From NCBI GenBank assembly GCA_000092065.1, contig CP000589.1: a stretch of DNA of 64,000 nt. One strand, given 5' to 3'. The stretch is from Ostreococcus lucimarinus (Eukaryota). Both the position numbers and the translations under genes were made by a program. Under the pieces are notes generated by a model that searched no databases, was not told the origin of the DNA, and saw nothing but the letters and a program-made list of their open reading frames with translations. Shown one piece after another: positions 18,583-26,248 of this stretch. Every line of letters starts with the position of its first letter. Position 1 is the stretch's first letter.

Positions 18583-20637
18583 ATGCGCCGCCGCGCTCGC
18601 GAACGCGACCGCGCGCGAAGCGCCGCGGCATCGCGCGTCGTCGCGCTCGCGCTCGCGCTCGCGGGCGCGGCGAACGCGCGCGCGCGCGCGGCGAACGCGG
18701 GCGGGGGCGGACGACCGTCGTTCGAGGCGGCGGTGCTGCCGCCGAGCGCGTTCGCGGGACGGACGAGCGCGGTGACGGTGCACGGTTTGAACTTTTTGCC
18801 GGGCCGGGACGCGGCGTGCGCGGATTGTAACGCGAACGGCGCCGCGACGACGCGGTGCGCGTTCGGAGACGCGAGGGATAACGGTGCGGTGAGCGCGTTC
18901 GATGGCTCGGACGCGAGCGCGTTTGAGTGCGCGGTGAACGCGGTGGACGGGGCGACGGGGACGCCGAGGCTGGGCTTCGCGCGCGGGAGTTGGAGCGCGA
19001 ACGGAGGGTACGATTGGGCGGTGTTCGGGGGCGAGAGCGGGGGGGGGGAGGATGGCAGCGTGCACTTCATGAAGATACCGAGCGTGGATGACGTCATCGC
19101 GAGCGTGGCACCGATGGGAATGCCGACGTACGCGACGGGTGGAGATTTCGCGCGAGGCGCGCTCGGGTGTTACTTTGAGTCCAGAAACGACGCGGGGTCG
19201 TGGGTGATGCGGGCGACGGGGACGGCGGCGGAGGCGGCCGAACACAGAGGGCTGTTTGTGAGCTCCGCGCTGTATCGATGCGAATCGCCGACGTACGAGA
19301 GGACGACGCCGTCCAAGGCGACGCTGGCGCGGTTCGCCGTCGGCGTCTTGGGAAACGACGGCGGCTCGCTGACGAATGTGGTGAGTTATAAGGAAAACTA
19401 CTGGCTCACCCCGGGCGCGGCGACCGTGAGTAGTGGGACGTACGGTCTCACTGGGGGAGAGACGATCAGCGTCGGAGTGAGCGATTCGGATGGAGATTGG
19501 GCAAACATCGGTTGTCTCGTGGGAACGACGCGCGTGAGCGCGCGGTCGGTGTCTACGTCCACGGTGACGTGCGTAGCCCCTGCGCGCGCGGAGGATGATA
19601 TTGCGAACGTGCCGATCATGGTTGGCGTACGGTATGCCGAACAGAGCGCGTCGGTCGTGACGAGATCGACGGACGTGACGACGTACTCGGGCGGTACGCC
19701 AAAGCCGACGAGCCCGTACGAACTCCTCAACGACGAGTTATTCCTATTCGGTCGCGGGAAACAAGTCATGCAAGTTTCTTCAGAAGAAGATTTCACGTGC
19801 GTGTTGACTACGGTTGTCGACAACGTGACTTCGGTGTTCAAATCGACGACGGCGAACGCGTCTCCCTTTGACCAAATCTTAAACTGTCTCCTTCCTTTGA
19901 ACGTCGAGGTGGGATTCGTGGCGATGGGCATCACCGGTGGGAAATACGAGGGCGTGACGCAAGTCATGTTCGTCGATCCACCGCGGGCGATCAGCGCGTC
20001 GCCAAGACGAAGCCCGAGCGAAGGCGGTGGCATCGTGTGGGTGTACGGCTCGAATTTGAACGCCGGCACCGATCCGTACTCGTCGTGCGTGTTCACTGCC
20101 GACGAGTCGTCGAGTTTCAAATGGGCAGTGGGAACCGGCGCTCGCGCGAGTTCCGCTCTCGTCGCGTGCGAGCTACCGCCCGCGGCGTCCGTGGTGGTGC
20201 AGAACAATCAGCGAACAACGGCGGTGGCCGTCGTCATGCGTCCTGCTTCGGCGAGCGCGAACGCCTTGGATTCGGGAGCTTCGATCGAGTATGCCGTAAA
20301 CGTCGCGTCGGCGTCCATATCTCCAGTGCGTGGATCGTTAGAAGGAGGGACACCCGTGCGCCTGGATCCGACTATGACGTGGGTCGTGTCGCAAAGCTCG
20401 TCGGGGACGCCAGATACGGATGATTTCGGCACGGGTGGGTGTCGCTTCAGCGCTGTCACCGTGTCCGCGCGCGTCGCCGACTCGGGAGCGATCGAGTGCG
20501 TGTCACCGTCGCTAGGTAACTTTCCGTACGCCAACGCACCGGTCGCGATCGCGGTGGATTGGCGAACGAGCTCGTCGCCCCTCGTCTTCTTTACGAGTAC
20601 GAACACGTTTCTCAACTTTTCATACGTTCGATTCTAG
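18583..20637 (+). CDS. Secreted protein with multiple IPT/TIG-like Ig domains, 684 aa
   Basis: ATG at 18583. Signal-peptide-like MRRRARERDRARSAAASRVVALALALAGAANA. Repeated IPT-type openings: LPPSAFAGRTSAVTVHGLNFLPG, SSGTYGLTGGETISVGVS, ISASPRRSPSEGGGIVWVYGSNLNAG, ISPVRGSLEGGTPVRL. Each is followed by C..G...V.A..VS..(T/A)..C..P type strands. Confidence 0.7.
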   Translation: MRRRARERDRARSAAASRVVALALALAGAANARARAANAGGGGRPSFEAAVLPPSAFAGRTSAVTVHGLNFLPGRDAACADCNANGAATTRCAFGDARDNGAVSAFDGSDASAFECAVNAVDGATGTPRLGFARGSWSANGGYDWAVFGGESGGGEDGSVHFMKIPSVDDVIASVAPMGMPTYATGGDFARGALGCYFESRNDAGSWVMRATGTAAEAAEHRGLFVSSALYRCESPTYERTTPSKATLARFAVGVLGNDGGSLTNVVSYKENYWLTPGAATVSSGTYGLTGGETISVGVSDSDGDWANIGCLVGTTRVSARSVSTSTVTCVAPARAEDDIANVPIMVGVRYAEQSASVVTRSTDVTTYSGGTPKPTSPYELLNDELFLFGRGKQVMQVSSEEDFTCVLTTVVDNVTSVFKSTTANASPFDQILNCLLPLNVEVGFVAMGITGGKYEGVTQVMFVDPPRAISASPRRSPSEGGGIVWVYGSNLNAGTDPYSSCVFTADESSSFKWAVGTGARASSALVACELPPAASVVVQNNQRTTAVAVVMRPASASANALDSGASIEYAVNVASASISPVRGSLEGGTPVRLDPTMTWVVSQSSSGTPDTDDFGTGGCRFSAVTVSARVADSGAIECVSPSLGNFPYANAPVAIAVDWRTSSSPLVFFTSTNTFLNFSYVRF

Positions 20638-20678
20638 CTCATCGATTAGCACATGTATTTCAGCAGCGTCTAGATCCA

Positions 20679-22313
20679 CTAAATCTCGCTATCGCTCGAG
20701 CTCAACGCACCCTTGGTCGTGATCGCAATCGCCAAAGCGCGCTTCAACGTCGCCACTTCAGCGTATCCAGGCTCATCGCCGTAGTCGTGCAAGAGTAACA
20801 AAAAGTCATCCGTCTTCATCGACATGATATATTGCTCGGAAAGCGCTTCATTGATCTGCACTCGAGGGTCGTTGAATGTGGGATCACCGCGCTTTCTCGC
20901 CGCGTGCTCGACAAAATCTACGACGACTTCGTCGAGAGTGACGTACGGCACGTTGAGAATGTTCATTTCGGAACGGAATTCAGACACATACATTTGGCCG
21001 ACGTACTTGAGCATCGCCGATGTCGTGCCGGGTGTGGAGACGACGTTTCTAGGATCGATACCACTCTTACGAATCGCGGCCGACTCCATATCGTCTGACT
21101 CGAATTGATTGTACTTGCCCGCAAGCGTCGTCGTCGTCGTCGTCCTCGTCTCCTTTGCGTCGAATTCAAACGAGGACGTCGAATCTTCTCTGGCGTTGAA
21201 CGAACTCGGCGTTCGCGCGTCTTCATAGATCGACTCGTCCACGGTGTTGTCAAACTCCCAATAATCACTCATTCCCGGCGTCGCTTGCGGCACGCGCGTC
21301 GACTTCGAGGACGCGGGCGTGTCCTCGAAAGGATTTCCTCGCGCCGCCGTCGACTTTTTCGCCGTCGATGTGAATCGCCACGCTTCGTCTCGCACCGCCG
21401 CAATTTCCGCGTCCGTGGGCGATGGATAATCGTCCATATCGTTGAACACGTGCTTACCGCGCCAGCTTCCGATCGCGCCCGCGGGTGTTGACGGATTCAC
21501 GTCGTTCGAACGCTTCTCCAAGCTCGGCAGCGGATCGAGCTCGACGACGTGCGGCTCGGGCGACGCCGCCATCGGCGACGCGCGCGCGAACGGATTCACC
21601 GGCACGATCGGCGACGGCATCTCATCGGGAATAACGCGCGGACCCAGCTTCGCCCGCCCCGCGTCGATGATATCCGCTTCGATCGCCCGCAGTTCCTTCG
21701 CGAACCCGTCCGCGAGCGTCTCGAGCAACGTCTCGCACTCGAGTTCGACGTCCACCTGATACTGCGCCTCCGTCTCGCTCGCGCGCTCGTACGCCGACCA
21801 CGCGCGAAACGCCACGAGCGCCGAGCACTTCCTCTCCACGCGCCCCTCCAAAATCACATCCTTCCTCGCGCACGACCGCAGCGTAATTTTTCCGTCTCTC
21901 CGCGTTCCGCCCGCGAGCGCCCACTGCGCCTCCCGCGTCACCGCCTTCGTCTCGAACCGCATCACCGTCTCCCCCTTGTGCACGGTGACGTACTTCCCAT
22001 AACACCCAGCGTCAAAATTCCCATCGCGCACGACGAACGCGTACTTCGCGCCCTCTTTACCGTTCCCTCCCTCGTCCCCGCGCGTTATTCGAACCGCCGT
22101 CAACCGCGGCGCCGTCGTCTCGTCCAACACCGCCTCCCCGAACGCCTCCCGCGCGCTCCTCGCGCCGCGCACTCGTCGCACGACGATCACGTCTCCATCG
22201 CTCAGCGGGTCCTCGCGCGCGCGCGCCTCCGCGTCGCGCCGCAGCGCCTCGAACGCGTCGTCGTTCTTCGCTCGACGCGCCGCCTCGCCGAGCTCCAGCG
22301 TCGCCTCGCCCAT
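20679..22313 (-). CDS. Hypothetical protein, 544 aa
   Basis: The track start at 22385 is GTG; the first ATG is 22313 (MGEATLELGE). It is a long ORF of diverse composition with an acidic/Ser-Thr middle and a structured-looking C-terminus (NILNVPYVTLDEVVVDFVEHAARKRGDP...DDFLLLLHDYGDEPGY). No family recognised. Confidence 0.6.
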   Translation of the reverse strand: MGEATLELGEAARRAKNDDAFEALRRDAEARAREDPLSDGDVIVVRRVRGARSAREAFGEAVLDETTAPRLTAVRITRGDEGGNGKEGAKYAFVVRDGNFDAGCYGKYVTVHKGETVMRFETKAVTREAQWALAGGTRRDGKITLRSCARKDVILEGRVERKCSALVAFRAWSAYERASETEAQYQVDVELECETLLETLADGFAKELRAIEADIIDAGRAKLGPRVIPDEMPSPIVPVNPFARASPMAASPEPHVVELDPLPSLEKRSNDVNPSTPAGAIGSWRGKHVFNDMDDYPSPTDAEIAAVRDEAWRFTSTAKKSTAARGNPFEDTPASSKSTRVPQATPGMSDYWEFDNTVDESIYEDARTPSSFNAREDSTSSFEFDAKETRTTTTTTLAGKYNQFESDDMESAAIRKSGIDPRNVVSTPGTTSAMLKYVGQMYVSEFRSEMNILNVPYVTLDEVVVDFVEHAARKRGDPTFNDPRVQINEALSEQYIMSMKTDDFLLLLHDYGDEPGYAEVATLKRALAIAITTKGALSSSDSEI

Positions 22314-22472
22314 CGCGCGCGTCGCGCCGTCGCGCGCGCCGGCGCGCGCGTTTCGTTTCTTCGCCGCGAGGTCTCGCGCGTCCACGGGCGCGTCGCGTCG
22401 CGCTCTGGCGCGCGATCGATCGCGCTGGATGATTTTGAATTCAAATCGAGCCGTCTCACTCGCGCGCGCGCG

Positions 22473-23426
22473 ATGCCGCGCGCGCGCCGCGCCGCGACGC
22501 GCGCCGCGGACGAGAGCGCGCGCGACGAAAAAAAATCACCGCCCGCTCGCGCGACGCGCGCGCGCGGCGCGACGCCGGCGCGCGCGCCGCCGCCGCCGCG
22601 ACCGACCGACCGACCGCGACGACGCGCGACGGCGACGACGACGACGACGCGCGCGACGCGCGCGCGGTCGAACGCGCGGTCGCGCGCGGTGCTCTTGGTC
22701 GCGCTCGCGGCGGCGCTCGCGCTCGGCGCGCTGCGCGCGCGACGCGCGACGACGACGGGACGCGGCGGCGGCGCGGACGCCGACGCGGCGGCGCGCGCGA
22801 CGACGCTGCGGCGCGCGCTCGACGCGGTGACGCGAAGCGCGAGCGCGGTGGAGTTCTTCGTCGAGGACGTGGCGACGCGACGGGCGTCGCACAAGGCGCC
22901 GACGGTGCTGGTGGCGGCGAACACGCCGGAGGGGTTGCGCGCGGCGCGGGCGAGTCTGGAGGCGACGCTGCGGAGGGGCGCGCGCGGGCGGTGCGCGATG
23001 ACGCTGGACTGCGCGGCGGCGAACCTGCGGGAGTTGGACGCGGACGAGGCGCGAGGGCGGTTGCAGCGCGCGCTGGCGCGACACTTGGCGGGATGTTCGC
23101 GCGACGAGGACGGCGCCGTCGTGGTGCTGCACGACGTCGCGAACATGTCGCCCGAGCACGTCCCGGCGTTGCTTCCCGCGCTGAGCGAAGACGGGGCGTA
23201 CGCGTACGATGGGGAATCGATCTCGACGACGAGAGGCGTGTTCGTTCTCACCGCGCACCTGCCGGCGACTCGAGCGGCGGCGGCGGCGCCGACGGACGAG
23301 AAGACGTTCACGAACGCGGCGAAGATGGCTTTATTGGACGCCATGCGCGCGAAAACTAGCGACGACGACGCCACGGCGTTGGCGTTTAGACGTAGAATAG
23401 ACGTCGCCGTTCCGGCGAACGCGTGA
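22473..23426 (+). CDS. Type II membrane protein with torsin/LAP1-like degenerate AAA+ luminal domain (tentative), 317 aa
   Basis: ATG at 22473 after the CG spacer. Basic N-terminus, then the TM segment AVLLVALAAALALGAL. VVVLHDVANMSPEHVPALLPALSEDGAYAYDGESISTTRGVFVLTAHL parallels the torsin block [44 protein letters not shown]. At the P-loop position PTVLVAANTPEGLR has no GxxGxGK. Third codon positions are almost all G/C in this frame. Confidence 0.6.
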   Translation: MPRARRAATRAADESARDEKKSPPARATRARGATPARAPPPPRPTDRPRRRATATTTTTRATRARSNARSRAVLLVALAAALALGALRARRATTTGRGGGADADAAARATTLRRALDAVTRSASAVEFFVEDVATRRASHKAPTVLVAANTPEGLRAARASLEATLRRGARGRCAMTLDCAAANLRELDADEARGRLQRALARHLAGCSRDEDGAVVVLHDVANMSPEHVPALLPALSEDGAYAYDGESISTTRGVFVLTAHLPATRAAAAAPTDEKTFTNAAKMALLDAMRAKTSDDDATALAFRRRIDVAVPANA

Positions 23427-23582
23427 CGGCGCGTAAAATGTAACCGTAACCGTTACTATTTTCAACCGCACGTACTGTAACTGTTTTCAAAAATCCGCGC
23501 GTCGACGCGGCACCGCGCGCGACGTCGCGGGAACGAACCGCGACGACGACGCGATCGTGACGTGCACGATCCATCGCCGTCG

Positions 23583-23660
23583 CGTCGGCGCGTCCATCAT
23601 CGCGGACGCGGCGCCGAACGAATCGGCGTTTTCGCGTCCCGAGTCACTCCGCCTTCGTCC
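23583..23660 (-). promoter_or_regulatory. SECIS element (form 2) in the SelW 3' UTR
   Basis: The minus-strand RNA contains GUGA (23647-23644), then an 11-nt 5' arm (CUCGGGACGCG), an AAAA bulge (23632-23629), and a mini-helix CGCCGA/UCGGCG with a UUCGU loop. The 3' arm CGCGUCC-G-CGA follows, then UGAU (23599-23596). Helix II has 7+3 Watson-Crick pairs with one bulged G, and tandem sheared A.G/G.A plus U.U are possible at the core. A short helix I pairs GGCG (23653-23650) with CGCC (23590-23587). The element starts about 60 nt after the stop codon. Confidence 0.75.
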
Positions 23661-23711
23661 CCGCGCGCCGCGCGTCGTCCCGCGACCGCGCGCGCGCCGC
23701 CGCGCGTTCGC

Positions 23712-23981
23712 CTACCGCGCGTTCTCGCCGAGCGCGCGCTCCACGGCGCTCAAGATGCGCTCAATCTTCACCGGATCGTCGACGTACCCGTCGCCTCGCG
23801 TCAACTTTGAGTGCACTAATTCGCCGGCGACTTTGACCTCGAGCGCGCCGCTCGTCGTCGGCGTCGGCTCCGCGGCCACGGAGGCTCGCGGAAATTTCGC
23901 CACGATGGCGCGCTCGATCGCCGTCGCGAAGCGCAGGTAGCCTCAGCCGCCTCAGTAAGTGATGTGTACGAGAGGATTCAT
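23712..23981 (-). CDS. SELENOW: Selenoprotein W (Rdx family) with two in-frame UGA (Sec) codons, 89 aa
   Basis: Manual minus-strand translation from ATG 23981 gives MNPLVHITY-U-GG-U-GYLRFATAIERAIVAKFPRASVAAEPTPTTSGALEVKVAGELVHSKLTRGDGYVDDPVKIERILSAVERALGENAR, ending at TAG 23712-23714. The TGAs are at 23952-23954 and 23943-23945 (TCA on the + strand). It aligns with vertebrate SelW (VVYCGAUGY ... [23 protein letters not shown]). The track shows only a GTG-started 63-aa fragment. Confidence 0.85.
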
Positions 23982-24129
23982 CACGACGAGCGTCGCGAGT
24001 CGCGAAGTGACGACGAGTCGAGCGAGGACTGAAGGAATGTCGGAATACCGATGTTCGCGCGCGTGTCTAATGATATGGTTTCTAAAGCTACTGCGGCGCT
24101 GGCTACGGTGCGCGCGGCGCGCGCGGTGG

Positions 24130-26157
24130 TCAGAGAATGACGACGCGTTTAGCTTCTTTGCGCCTGGACGGCCTGGACGGCGCCGTCGCGACGCGAACGT
24201 CGTTGTGAGGAATGACCAAGGCGACCGTGTCTTCGAGCGCGCGGTTCGCCGTTTCGAGGACGGCGTACTTGACGTAAATCGCACCCACGACGCACACGAC
24301 GGCGAAGAAGACGTGGATGGCAGACGCGCCGAAGGCGTCGAGGGCGAGTTCGTACGCGAACGTCTCTACGAAGACGTACGACCAGTACAGCGTGAGCGTG
24401 AGCGAGATTGCCGTACCGCGCGCGTGCTGAGGGAACAGCTCAGCGGCGATGAGCATCGGTATCGCCGCCATGCCAAGTCCGTAGAAGAAGGCAAATGAGA
24501 TGATGGCGACGTCGAGCGCGTCCCGCGCCGAGCCCAAGGCGTAGCCGGCGGCGGCGCTCGCCATGGCGAGGTTGCAGAGACACATACCCGCTAAAGATGC
24601 CAGCATGCACGGCTTCCGCCCCATGTAATCTACCATTCTCGAACACACCATGATGCCGAACAAGAGCGTGACGACGTATGCGATCCGAGTCTCCGTCGAC
24701 GACGGCACCGCGCCGTTCGACGGAATTTCGCCGTCGTCGTGCACGGCGAGCGACAGTCCGCCGAGCTGTTGGATCCCGACGAGCGCACAAGCGATCATCA
24801 TCGATCTCGATAGATGCGAGTCAAGCAATAGATCGTACCACCTGAACGCGGCAAACGCGCCGGGTGGTGAAGTCTTTGCATTTTCGCGAGCGACGATGTT
24901 CGCGACATCCTCCATTGCCTCGCGTTCCTTATACGCCCCTCGAAGCGTTGTGAACGCTTCCACCGCCTCGATGCGCATTTCTCGCGCCAGCAACCATCTT
25001 GGAGATTCCACTACGCATATAATGGCGATGATCAGAGCGATGACGTTGAACATAGCGCACACGCCGGCTAAGTGTCTCCAGTGCATCGTCACCGGACTCA
25101 ACGGGCTCAGATACATGAACAACACACCCTTTACGATGGCCAAATTAGGCAAGATCGCGTGCGCACCGCGCATAGATTTTGAACTAGCCTCAATGAGTAA
25201 CAAGGGCGCCGCAGTGGTGACAATACCCACAGAAATGCCCGCGAGCACCCTCCCAACCATCGCCGTCGTCGAAAACGCAGGCGCGCAAGCCGCCAGCGCC
25301 CACCCTAAGATCGCCGGTATCGTCGCCGCAACAACCGTTCGGCGCCTACCAAACCTATCGCACCCCCAACCCGCGCGCGCTGCGCCCACAATCGCCCCCA
25401 GGAAGAGCGCCGCTTGTAAAGTGGCGATTTCGTCCTCGTTCGCGCCATCCGTCCCGCACGCCGCCGTCTCGCCACCGCACGACATCGTCTTCCTAGCCGC
25501 AAACGGAAACCCGATAGCCAACCCCACGGTGAAGCACGTGAGCGATACCGATGCCGTCGCCGCCCACGTGCGCCAGGTTTTCGGCACCATCGCCGCGACG
25601 ACGCTCGATGTCGAGTGCAGGTTCGCTCCCGACACCCGAGCGCTCACGCCGACGCCGCGTTCAACTTCATCCAGCGTCCGCAGCGCGTCCCGCGTCAACC
25701 GCGTGTACCCTCGCGCGCTCGTGCTCTCCACGAACATCCGATTCGCGCGTGCATCGCCGGCGTCATCGTCATCGCTCGACGTCGTCGACGACTCGCCGCC
25801 GTCAACACCCCGCGATTTTTTGCTCGACGACAGCGTCGTGCGCGCGTCGTCCGCGTGCGTCGTCCCGGTGTCGCTCGTCGCGTACCCTCGATCATTTCGC
25901 AGTAATTCCTCGCGTTCGCCGTCGTTGGCGCGTCCGACTTTCGGCGCGCCGCTGAAGAGCGTCTTCAACATCCCAGAGACTGAAGCGCGCGGGGACGCGC
26001 TGGAATCTCGACTCGCGCTCGCGCGACGCGCGCGTCTCTCGCGCCTGCGCGACTCGCGACCGTCGCGACGATCATCTCTCGCTTTCTTCTCGGCGCGCGC
26101 CTTCTGGAACAGGCGCGCCTTGTTGGCGAGCTCGAGTTCCTCCTTGCTCGGCGGCAT
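24130..26157 (-). CDS. Major facilitator superfamily sugar-porter-type transporter with long disordered N-terminus, 675 aa
   Basis: ATG at 26157 (MPPSKEELE) is the first start downstream of the upstream gene's stop (26249). Motifs include GWGCDRFGRRR and VESPRWLL (sugar-porter PESPRW-like), plus AAELFPQHARG, with about 12 hydrophobic spans. Confidence 0.85.
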   Translation of the reverse strand: MPPSKEELELANKARLFQKARAEKKARDDRRDGRESRRRERRARRASASRDSSASPRASVSGMLKTLFSGAPKVGRANDGEREELLRNDRGYATSDTGTTHADDARTTLSSSKKSRGVDGGESSTTSSDDDDAGDARANRMFVESTSARGYTRLTRDALRTLDEVERGVGVSARVSGANLHSTSSVVAAMVPKTWRTWAATASVSLTCFTVGLAIGFPFAARKTMSCGGETAACGTDGANEDEIATLQAALFLGAIVGAARAGWGCDRFGRRRTVVAATIPAILGWALAACAPAFSTTAMVGRVLAGISVGIVTTAAPLLLIEASSKSMRGAHAILPNLAIVKGVLFMYLSPLSPVTMHWRHLAGVCAMFNVIALIIAIICVVESPRWLLAREMRIEAVEAFTTLRGAYKEREAMEDVANIVARENAKTSPPGAFAAFRWYDLLLDSHLSRSMMIACALVGIQQLGGLSLAVHDDGEIPSNGAVPSSTETRIAYVVTLLFGIMVCSRMVDYMGRKPCMLASLAGMCLCNLAMASAAAGYALGSARDALDVAIISFAFFYGLGMAAIPMLIAAELFPQHARGTAISLTLTLYWSYVFVETFAYELALDAFGASAIHVFFAVVCVVGAIYVKYAVLETANRALEDTVALVIPHNDVRVATAPSRPSRRKEAKRVVIL

Positions 26158-26248
26158 CGCCGCGCGAGGCGCGAACTGAGGACGACGCGAGCGAACGGGC
26201 TGTCGTATTATTCTCGAGCTATCGAAATCTAACTTTCTATCGAGCGCG

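Noticed and set aside
23597-23600. The AUGA in the SelW 3' UTR as the 5' core of the SECIS.
   Set aside because: Taking it as the 5' core gives only a weak downstream helix (GACG/CGUC plus mismatches) and no AA motif. Taking its UGAU as the 3' core, opposite the GUGA at 23647-23644, gives a much better form-2 structure.
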